The notes under the pieces: model-generated
Seen by the model: the letters and a program-made list of their open reading frames with translations, nothing else
Database searches by the model: none
What the model was told of the DNA's origin: nothing
Position numbers and translations under genes: made by a program
Shown here: positions 23,651 to 34,780 of the stretch, piece after piece
How the letters are laid out: the number at the start of each line of letters is the position of its first letter
How positions within the stretch are numbered: position 1 is the stretch's first letter
Source: Macrostomum lignano
Taxonomy: Eukaryota
Length of the DNA stretch: 64,000 nucleotides
Direction of reading: 5' to 3'
Assembly (NCBI GenBank): GCA_002269645.1
Contig: NIVC01003311.1
Span: forward strand, 40,535-104,534

Positions 23651-26600
23651 ATGATAATTCAAATTGCGTTGACGCATTACTGGCACCAAAACAAATTCTA
23701 TTGCCGTATGGACCAAGAGCATCCGGATAATTACGCTCGCGAAGACCCGGCAGCTGAGCTTCATCTTCCATCGCCAAGGCAACAGCCGCCGCCTCCTCTG
23801 CCTCCTCCTCCTCTTGATCCCACAACATTCGCCTTGGCCATGTCTTGTACTGACTTGAGCCGTAGATTAGCTAATCAGTTTTCGGATGAACAGCATCAGC
23901 AGCAGCATCAACAAAGAGCTCAAGCTCAAGCTTACAAAGATGATGACTTAGAATCGTCTAGCGTTGAATTTGACGAACCAAATAGCAATCATAGACAGCA
24001 GAGGCTGCAGGACGACTTTGGCAATAATAGCGGCTCAGATGTTTCCGACATATCGAAGTCTGATCATAGCGCCAACGGCTTGCCTACTGACGAAAGCTTG
24101 AATCGTCTGCTAGAGAAATATAATCTCAGAGCTGGTGATGCCGCCAAACCGCTTACTGTTGGAGTTCACAACGGCAGCTCCAGTTATGATAATTGGCGCA
24201 CGTTCAGTACCACTGGTTACCAGGGACAGCGCGTTGGAAACGGCTCGGTTGTGTCTCCGGAGCATCCTCAACCACCGCCGCCACCGCCTCCGCCACCTGC
24301 TCAGGCTTCTCCAGCTCAGCAGAAACAACAAATTTCTGTGTACGACTATTTATCCGAAGAGACAAAACGCTATTTAAGTCAGGCAAAGTTTAACAGTTTA
24401 GAAGAAGATTTTGTTGAACGATCAACGGCCCAGGCTGCTGCTGTTACTGCGGCTGCTGCTACTTTTGCTTCGTCTGGGACGACAAGAAGTCCAAAGGCTT
24501 CTTATTCGTCACCTTCTGTGCAACAGCAGCAGCAGCAACAACAACAGCAACCGCAGTATTTCATCAACAAGTACATGGAGAACATTAAAACGATGGTATC
24601 GGATGCTTTAACTTTTCGACCAGTGTCTTCACCATCAACAACTGCTGCCGCTGCTGCTGCTGTTGCTTCTGATTCTTCAACTTTCAAACCGTCTAGAGAG
24701 AAATCAAAGGACCCGAAGCAGCGTCAGTTAACGTCTGGTTCAACGCGATCGCATAATAAACCGTCTGCTCCGACCGCTGTGCCAGACTGCACCGCTACAG
24801 TTGACGCGTCGACCTATTCGGTGCGTCAGCTGGACCCAGACGTGCATCGCTGGCTGAATAGTTTAAGTCTCCGAAATCCAGACAAATATGCCGCTCTGTT
24901 TGAGCGTCACGAAATCGATATGGAGAGTCTGTTGTTGCTTAATACCGAGGGTCAATTGCGTAAGCTTGGTGTTACAGCTATTGGTCCGATGACTAAGATG
25001 TTGCATTCAATTCGCGAGTTGAATAGCCAGAGAAATCGGAAACGGCCAGCTTCTGCTCCTCAGCAGGCTATGGCATCTGCTAGGCACCGACCTGAAGGTG
25101 TACCGCCCTTGCACCTGCACATGGCCAAAGTGGTGGAGCGTCAACAGAAGCAGAAACAATTGAAACAAAAGCAACAGCAACAACAGCAGGTCGCGGCGTC
25201 GCCTCAACCCTGGATTCCAGGTGGAGCCAGGGGTAGGCTTGATGCTAAACAGCAGCAAAAGCAGAAACAACAACAACAACAGCATCATCAACCGGCTTCA
25301 TCAAAGCCTGCAATCTCTGCAAAGAAGCCTGCTCAATCATCTCATCCAGTAACTTCGCCAACATCCAATCATCATCCTCTAATAAACAATAAACAGTTGG
25401 TCTCCCAAGCGGAGCGCGACATAGCCAAAGCTGCTCAGAAAGTGAAACAGAAAGAGCTGCGCGAGAAAGAGCAACTACTCGAAGAACGTCGCCAGCACAA
25501 CGAATGGCGTCAGCGTCGCGACGACATTCTCAGGCATCGCCGGCCAAATGCGCCGACACCATCGACCACACCGCGTACGCCTCGCAAAGATGTGCCCGCC
25601 AAGCAGGCAGCGGCTGTGTCAAAATCCAATTCGAACTCGCATTCAAAGGGTTCAACAACTGAGGACACTTCTGTGTCGGCATTTCGCAGTGAGATTAGCG
25701 AAATTGAAAGAAAAATAAGCGAACTGTTGAACGATAACGGTGGCTCGGGTCAAGCAGCTTCGTCTGGTAGTTTATCTGCCGCGGCCGGGGTTAGTCCTAA
25801 TATGCTGTTGGACTCCGTTGAAACGTTTCAAAAGCAACTGCGTCAACTGCAAAATCGTGTAGCCTCGCATCGGCAGCAGCAGCAGCAACAGCCGCAGCAT
25901 CAGTCGCAAAAGCAGCAATCTCCGCCGCAGAAAGAAGAAGTACGCGTGTCGCAAAGTGTCACGGCTAAGGCTGTTGGCTTTGAATTGCATAGCGGCAATG
26001 GGTAAGCATGGCTTTATAAGAAACTTGATGGCTTTTAGAAGTTGTCATTATGCTGCTACCTGGGGTTTTGGGCACTACAATAATGTAGTGGATGTGTCTA
26101 AAGTGGATGCTTCACTTGAAAAGCCAATCAAGCACTAATCTTAGCAATGGGTAGTGACCACGTTAATTTAAGCTTGTGCGCGATTGGAAGATGATGATTT
26201 GAGAAAGTCAGGGCGGCTGTGCACCCTGTGTGAGCGTGTGTATGAGTGCTTGTTTGCTGTGTACAGTATTGGCGCGCTCGCTCTCCAAAAACCCCAACTT
26301 TAACTCAGCGGCCCAGCTGCCAGTTCTTCATCGGATGCCGCCTCGGCAGCTGCTCAAAGACGCACCAGCTGGACTGTGGCAGCCGGATCGTACAAATTCA
26401 ACGAGAAAGAGCTCATCGGCGAGGGCACCCTGACGGCGGTGCATCGCGGCCGTCTAGATGGCGAAGTTGTCGCCGTGAAGCGTTTAAAATTGAAGCTGAG
26501 CTCGGACGAAGACCGGTCCTATCTAGCCGCCGAGGCCAACTTCCTGTGCGGCCTCCGGCACCCCAGACTTAGCCGGGTGCTTGGCTACTGTTTGCGCGGC

Positions 26601-27654
26601 CGATACCCGTTGCTATTCTGCGAATTAGCTCCCAGACGAAGCTTGTCGGATTACCTGCAGGCTGGCAGTAAAGTCGACCATGCCCTGTTTTATTGCTTAG
26701 GCCAAGATCTGGCCGATGCGTTGGAGTTTCTGCACTCGCAACGACCGCCACTACTGCACATGCGGCTGTGCAGCAGGAATGTACTGCTCGATGCCAAACT
26801 TCGTGGCCAGGTAGTTTATGTTTTAATAAAATTTTAAGTGTCACTTTGCGATTTAACTAATTAGATTACAAGGGAGTCTGAATAAGTCATAGTTACTCCC
26901 GCTCTTTACCCAGGTTTTATAATTAGATGACGAGGCAGTTTACGTGTCTAAAGAAGAGATAGTTACTCCCCTGTTTTCCTGATAAAGTCCTAACTATTAC
27001 AAACCGCAGATCTCCGATCTCGGCCTATCCAAGCTCCGTCATCAGGCTGGCCAATTGGCTCGCGAGGCTGGCAACGCCTCGGCGGCCTGGGCGCACCTGG
27101 CCTGGATGGCACCGGAGCTGCTCACAGCGGCCGAGTTCGGCCCGCCAGCCGATCTGTACAGCGCCGGCGTCCTGCTATGGGAGCTGCTGTCGGGCAGGCA
27201 GCCCTACTCCGGCCAGACCGCCTATTCTATCATCACGGCCAAGAAGTCCGGAGCCACCCTCGAGCTGCCGTCTGGTTGTCCGACCATTCTGTCCGACCTC
27301 CTGTCCAGACTGTGGGGATCTCCGGACAGTCGGCCGAATGCTAGCGATTTGAAATCGGCGCTTCGTTCGGCCTGTTTGCCCGGCCGGGCCTGGCCGGATT
27401 TGGTCCGACGGGCCGGCGTCACCGAGGCGGCACTGAGGGACCCCGGCGCCGTCCGACGCTTCCTGGCTAGCGCATGTCGACGGCCGTGTCTTGTCGATTT
27501 GTCGACTCCCGACGATGCGATTTCAGCATCGGCCTCTGGCAGCTTCTGGCTGGTGTCGGAGCCGCGACTGCCGGCTGAGCCTGCTGAGGCTGACGGCGGA
27601 TTTTCCGCGGAATTTCTGGCTGCAGTTGCTAGAGCAGCTCGTGGCGACGAGTAG
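23651..27654 (+). CDS. Low-complexity SAM-domain protein with C-terminal TKL-like (pseudo)kinase domain; exons 23651-26001, 26309-26810, 27010-27654 (about 1165 aa; alternative start 23708)
   Basis: SAM domain DVHRWLNSLSL...KYAALFERHEIDMESLLLL...QLRKLGVTAIGPMTKMLHSIREL at about 24838-25023. The phase-2 junction AATGG|GTAAG...CTCAG|C joins three track ORFs in frame. Kinase motifs: IGEGTLTAVHRG, VAVK, HMRLCSRNVLL, ISDLGLS, WMAPE and ADLYSAGVLLWELLSGRQPY. Confidence 0.8.
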
Positions 27655-27819
27655 TGTCTTTGTGAACGATTTTTGTAATGAAATGCTTTGCTTAGCTGGT
27701 CTAGGAAAGTGTCTTTAAATTTCTAAATATTTTCTGTCTATTATGAATTTTTTTCAAGTCCGTTGTGTTCCAAGAGCCTCAATTTTTATGTCTTGGTGAC
27801 GTAATCTTTGGTATCCGAT

Positions 27820-28360
27820 GAACTTTAAAAGTTGGTTTCTGATGACCTTGAAACGTCACTTCCTTTGACCTTGAAAGTTAGTGTCTGGTTACCTTGAAAC
27901 GTCATTTCCTATGGCCTTGAAAGTTTGTGTCTAATGACCTTGAAACTTCATTTCCTATGACCTTAAAAGTCTCATGACCTTGGAGCGTTATTCAATCGAT
28001 GACCTTGAAACGTTCGTGTCTGATGAACTTGAAATGTTAGTGTCTGAAGACCTTAAAAATGTTCGTGTCTGATGACGTTGAAACGTTATTGCCTGATGAC
28101 CTTGAAATTGAAATGTTAGTGTCTGATGACCTTAAAACTTCCATTTCCTATGACCTTGAAAGTTAGTGTCGGATGACCTTAAAACGTTATTTTCTTATGA
28201 CCTTGAAACATTATTGTCTAATGACCTTGAAATGTTATTGTCTGATGACCTCAAAAATTTAGTGTCTGACGACCTTAAAATGTTTGTGTCTGATGACCTT
28301 GAAACGTTATTGCCTGATGACCTTGAAATTTTAGCGTCTGATGACCTTGAATCCTTAGTG
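27820..28360. repeat. Degenerate ~24-bp minisatellite
   Basis: Core GATGACCTTGAAA(C/T)GTTA(G/T)TGTCT. Confidence 0.85.
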
Positions 28361-29299
28361 TCTTCACCTCAACGTTAACGTCTCAACGATTTATTCCATA
28401 CCCTTCCATACCTTGATCTAAGCCTACTGTCTATCAAAACTAAGGTAATTAAGCTTCTGACGTAGCAAAAGCCTTCACTAAACATTTTCGTTTGTTTCAA
28501 AAGCACAATATATTTGCGTCCAATAAAAAAACAAAGCAGGAAAATATTTGTATATTTGTTTATTTATTCATTTATTTATCATTTAAATACTCGTAATGTT
28601 TTCTACTATTTTTGTCCCCGGTACAAACACACAATTGGCGAGTTCCAAGCACCTTTTCTGCCTGAGATTTTAGCCTTTTCCCTGCAACCGCTAATTTGTG
28701 TACATTGCCAACCGCTAATTTTATCAATTGATCATTCCAATGCGTGTTTTTCATATTTTTTATTTTAAACTTTTACCGCTCGGATAGGCTGTTAAATAAA
28801 TAAAAACTTATAAATCGAATTTGCTAATTAAATTACTTTAAGTAGACGCAGTGTTTTCTAATCAAATAATTGCTTTTCATTCTCAATTAATTTGTCTAAT
28901 CCGTCCCAATGTTTTATTATTATTTTTTTCTATCATCTAAATAATTATACAACCATTTGTACATTAACATCATTACTACTGATACCTGTGTAAGTAGTAT
29001 ATTTATAGTGTTTTTTCTGTGTCACAAATTTTCAAAAAGTGGTTACAAAAAACCTACTCTGCAGAGCAGTACTTTGTGTAAAGCAATTTAGTCTATGCAT
29101 TATTTACGCATATACCAAAAAATACTTATAAGTAGTATTTATTTATTGCTTAAATTTCGTTGAGCTTTTTTCGTAGTAGCTGGCATTAAGGCGTGAATAA
29201 AATTGGCCCAATTTTTTTAAAAGCAGCAGCATCACTTGCCGCAATAATTACTTGTTGTTTCTTCTATTTTTCTCGTTTAGCAGCTTAGCCATTAATATG

Positions 29300-30070
29300 A
29301 GTGTACATAGTAGTACACGGGGTGTACATAGTGGCACATAGAGTGTACATAGTAGCACACGGAGTTTACATAGTGGCACACGGAGTGTACATAGTGGCAC
29401 ACGGAGTGTACATAGTGGCACACGGAGTGTACATAGTGGCACACGGAGTGTACATAGTGGCACACGGAGTGTACATAGTGGCAATAGAGTGTACATACTG
29501 GCACATAAGGTGTACATAGTGGCACATAGAGTGTACATACTGGCACATAGAGTGTACATACTGGCACTTAGAGTGTACATACTGGCACATAGAGTGTACA
29601 TACTGGCACGTAGAGTGTACATACTGGCACATAGAGTGTACATACTGGCACATAGAGTGTACATACTGGCGCACAGAGTGTACATAGTGGCACAGAGTGT
29701 ACAGTGGCACATAGAGTGTACATACTGGCACAGAGTGTACATACTGGCACATAGAGTGTACATACTGGCACATAGAGTGTACATACTGGCACATAGAGTG
29801 TACATACTGGCACATAGAGTGTACATACTGGCGCACAGAGTGTACATAGTGGCACAGAGTGTACATACTGGCACAGAGTGTACATACTGGCACATAGAGT
29901 GTACATACTGGCACATAGAGTGTACATACTGGCACATAGAGTGTACATACTGGCGCACAGAGTGTACATAGTGGAATATACTGTACATACTGGCGCACAG
30001 AGTGTACATAGTGGCACAGAGTGTACATGGTGTAATATAGTGTACATAGTGGCACAGAGTGTACATAGTG
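29300..30070. repeat. 21-bp minisatellite upstream of Drosha
   Basis: Unit GAGTGTACATA(C/G)TGGCACATA. Confidence 0.95.
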
Positions 30071-30230
30071 AAATATAGTCTATAGTGTAAATGCCTGAAG
30101 ATTAGAAATCCAAGAGTCGTCGGAGTAGGCCAAATTGCCTACAATTATTATCAAATAACTCACAAAGCTAATTATCTAAATAAAAACTAATTGCGCTAAT
30201 TATAGTTCTTTAAAATTATTTCTTGCATGC

Positions 30231-30298
30231 ATGAACGGCACGGGGGATGCGCCACCCGATCCTTCGGCGGCTGCTTGGGCCGCTTGGGCCTCCGCGCA

Positions 30299-30331
<33 letters not shown>

Positions 30332-33300
30332 GCAACAACAACAGGTACCGCCACCTCAACAACAACCCTCTGAGTCTCAAGCAAGCGGTACTCCGCTAGA
30401 CCAACAGCAGCAACAGCAGCCTCCTTTAACTAACGGCATGCCTCAATTGCCATCAATGATGTCCTACATGCTGCACGAGTTGTCCGCCGCTTATCATTCT
30501 CTGCGTAGCATGCAAAATCCTCAACAGCAGTTGGCTTCAATGTGGCTAAATCCTGCGCATCCGCCTACGCATCCGCCTACGCATCCGCCTACGCATCCGC
30601 CTACGCATCCGCCTACACATCCGACAACGCACCCGCCTACGAATCCGCCTACGAATCCGCCTATGCATCCGCCTACACATCCGCCTACATATCCGCCTAC
30701 ACATCCGCCTACACATCCGCCTACGCATCCGCCTACGCATCCGCCTACACATCCGCCTACACATCCGCCTGCGTATTCGAGCACATCTCCCTATCCCTAT
30801 GCTAGCTACGCGCCCCCCGCTGGGCCGAACTTGAGCTTCCCCGTGCCGCCTCCGCCGCCCCCGCCGCCGCCACCTCCGCCGTCGGCATCTTCAACCTGCC
30901 ACCAAGACTCCGGCCCCGTGCCTCTGATGGGCTTGAAGCCTCGCGCTAGTTTAAAATGGAATGCCGCTGAATTCGAATCGAAGTACGGCTGTGGCTCCTC
31001 CGCATCCTCTGCTGCCGAGTCTTCTTCGGCTGCAAAACTTTTTTCGACTCAATCGTCTTATCTGCAATCGTCTGCTTCTGCTTCTTGCTCTTCATCAAAA
31101 TCAACTGCTAGCGGCCGGCCTGGCAGCTTCCGAAATCCCTACTTTGCCGATCCCAACGTGAAAAAAGAATTAGCAGAGGAGCGGGAGCGAACTAATCCGG
31201 AGCTGTCTGTGCCGCAACCGGAGGCCAAGGTGATTTATGGTCCAATCGATTACCGTTACGCCAAGATCAACGCTAATTTACTGGTTGCCAAGCCGTCGCT
31301 AATAGCTTTAGAAGAGGAATTCGTGGAAGAAATTATGAAGCGTCGCGAACGCGCTCTGGTCGGTCAGCCTCGCTGGCGTCCGCTGGTTCGAAACGCCGCT
31401 GCAGAAGACGCCGCAGTCGCTGCAGCAGCTGCCGCTTCCGCCGACGCTGTCGACGCGGTCGAAGCCGACTCGGAGTCGTCATTATCTGACGGCGAAATTG
31501 TCGAATCCGAGGCTGTCCGTCAGCACCGAGCTCGGTTCAAGCTGGTCCGCCAGCGTCACCGGGCCAAGAAGCAGTACGACGATTTGAAAGCCAAAGGCAG
31601 AGTCGACCGACTGTCCGGTCTGAATGTCGATGGCATGTCCGAAGCGCAGCGACGCGAAATGGAGACGGCGGTGCGCAAGATTACAATTCGTACTCTGTGC
31701 CAACAACAAGAGGTTGAGCACAAGATGCGACATCCGCAGAAGCTCAATCCGCACCTGTGGTATAATGAGCCTGGCGAATTGAATGATGGGCCCAGGTGCT
31801 ACTGCAAACCGGAGTATCAGGTTGGTCTCTTCTGTGGGTTACAACTACTGCAGGATCTGACAACTTTTTGCTTTCTGCAGTTCTTGAATTTATCACTAAA
31901 ATCGTTTTCGTTTCTAGTGAGTGGGTCGTTTAAACTCATTCACCAATTGTTCCCCAACTCACCAATTATTCACCGATTCACTAATGATTCAACAACTCAC
32001 CAATTATTCATCGGTTTACCAACTCACCAATGATTCACCGATTCTCCAACTCATTAATGATTCACCGATTCACTAATGATTCACCAACTCACCAATGATT
32101 CACCGATTCTTCAACTCACCAATTATTCACCGATTTACCAGCTCACCAATGATTCACTAATTTACCAACTCACCAATGATTCACCGATTCTTCAACTCAC
32201 CAATTATTCACCGATTTACCAGCTCACCAATGATTCACCGATTTACCAACTCATTAATGATTCACCGATTCTCCAACTCACCAATTATTCACCGATTCAC
32301 CAACTCATTAATGATTCACCGATTCACCAACTCACCAATGATTCACCGGTTCACTAACTCACTAATGATTCAACAACTCACTAATGATTCACCAATTTAC
32401 CAACTCACCAATGATTCACCAATTCACCAGTGAGTTTATGCCATGCAACTCTTCTAATCTCTGAGTGTACTTACAAGGAAAACTCAACAAGACCCCATTC
32501 CACCCGCAGGTCGGCCCATCGCACTGCAAATACGAAGGCGAGTCGGCCATTCCCAAATGCGACCCGCATAGCAACAATCCCAACAAGCTTCATCACTATC
32601 GAATCTGCGTCCTGCCAAACACAAATTATTCCGCTAAGCAGCCTTCGGTTATAATGTACAAAAATCTCAAATACGAATTCGAAGGTTTCGGCTTATTGAG
32701 CCACTATAAACTTGACGATTTGCCACCGTGCAAATTCCATCGCTACAACATATTCTACAAGGTGCACTTGGTGCCGGAACCTCTGCCGCCAAATTTCACC
32801 GTCCGTTCGCTAGATTTGTTAAGCGACTTTGTCATGTACGAATTGTTGGAACTGCTTGACGAGACTCTCTATCCTTCGGGTGCTGATGAGGCCACGTCTT
32901 GTCGGTGTTTTCACCTTTATCCGAGATTCTCTCGTCGCGGACACGACGGCGCTTTGGAGCTGTTGCCAGCCTGGGCGATTCTGCAGCACCTGCTGGACAA
33001 TAGCGGCTTATTAATTGAGCCAGACTGTTTGGATAGCGTTCTTCGAATGTCAAAAGAGGAGTGGCGCAATTTTATTGATCAGTGGCGCGGCCAGTTAATC
33101 ACCTATCCAGGTAAGAAGCCGTCAACTATTCGAGTGGATCAAGTTGACAGATGCTCAGCAGCCGCTTCTGCAGCTTCATCAGACGGTCGGGACAAGCCAA
33201 CCTATCCGTATGTGATTCATATCACCCAGGTGCCGCTTAAATTCGGTTGGCAAGCCGAGAACACTTACCGGCGCACGCTGAAGTCCTACTTTCGCGAACA

Positions 33301-34663
33301 GTACATGATCGTGTTTAATCCACGGGTTGGCGCTGAGCAAAGAGAGAAGCTGCAGCATTTGCGCGAAAAAATGCGCGTTGTTGAGGAGGCGCCAGATAAG
33401 CGGCGCGAGGTGACGGTAGAGATGAGCGCTGAAGGCTTCCGGCGCACAGGTCTCAGACCGGATGTGACTCAGTTCGCCTTGTTGCTGCCGCACTTTCTGT
33501 CTTTCTGTCGACTTCACCGAAGCATCTCAGCCTTAGAGAGTCGCATTGGCTACGTCTTCAAGGACAAATCGCTGTTCCATCAGGCCATGACTCATCCGTC
33601 ATCGATTCGTTCCACTCTTGGCTTGAACTCTGATCACGTGCTCAACAGCATGCTGAATTGCGGTCCCCGGCTGTTAGAATACGGCGAAGTTCGAGAAATC
33701 CGCCAGGCAACAAGAAAGCACGGCTTAGCTTACACAGTCAACGTCATGTCCATGCTGCCAAGTATTTTAGAGAAGAAATCGCCAATATTTGGCAACGATC
33801 GACTCGAGTATCTTGGCGACGCGGTTGTTGAACTCATCGTTACTACTCACCTGTTCTATATCTTGCCGGAGGTTAGCGAAGGTCATCTTGACGCATTTCG
33901 TCAGTCATTGGTGATGAATGCCCACCTGGCCTTGCTGGCTAGGCGGCTGGGGCTGCACTGCTACCTGCAGTACGCGCACGGCATGGATTTCTATCTGGAT
34001 TCCACTTTTATGCACGCTTATTCCGATGCATTCGAAGCCTTCATGGCCGCTGTGTATTTGGATGGCGGCTTAGCTCTGGCTAATCGCATCTTTGCTGACG
34101 TCATGTGGGGCAGCGATCCGTCCTGTCTCCGGGTCTGGTGCACACCGCCGCCGCATCCCATCCAGCTGGAGTATCCTGACGGAGATCGGCACCTGTTGCC
34201 ACAGCATCCTAAGCTCAAGGTGCGTATAATAGTACTTCGATGCAGAAGTTTCCTCTGTCTCTCTCCCTTCAACTCTTGCAGTGTCTGAGATCTGTTATGG
34301 CTTGCTCAGGGTGGCTCAAGACACGTCCGCATATGCACACTCTGGCTTTTCAATCTGATTTGACAACTGTAGTTTCAAGGCTTGATTTTGTTGTGTAGGG
34401 AATTGTCTTAGGGTGAAATTTTTGTAGTTTAAGTTCAGAAAAGTGCGCCTGAGTAAAAACAACTGCAATTAAGAAGCTCCCTGTCTCATCTATGCAGGAA
34501 GGTTCGACCTTCAAATGAACCCTAGATTTGTAAATGGTTCTGTTGTTTCATTCATTGATCAAAAGCCTATGTGATATGTATTGTATATCTATTTGTCTGT
34601 CTTTCTTTCTGTCTGTCTGTCTGTCTTTTTGTATTTTTGTCTGTCTGCCTGTCTGTCTGTCTT

Positions 34664-34702
<39 letters not shown>

Positions 34703-34705
34703 GCC

Positions 34706-34742
<37 letters not shown>

Positions 34743-34746
34743 TAGT

Positions 34747-34780
<34 letters not shown>

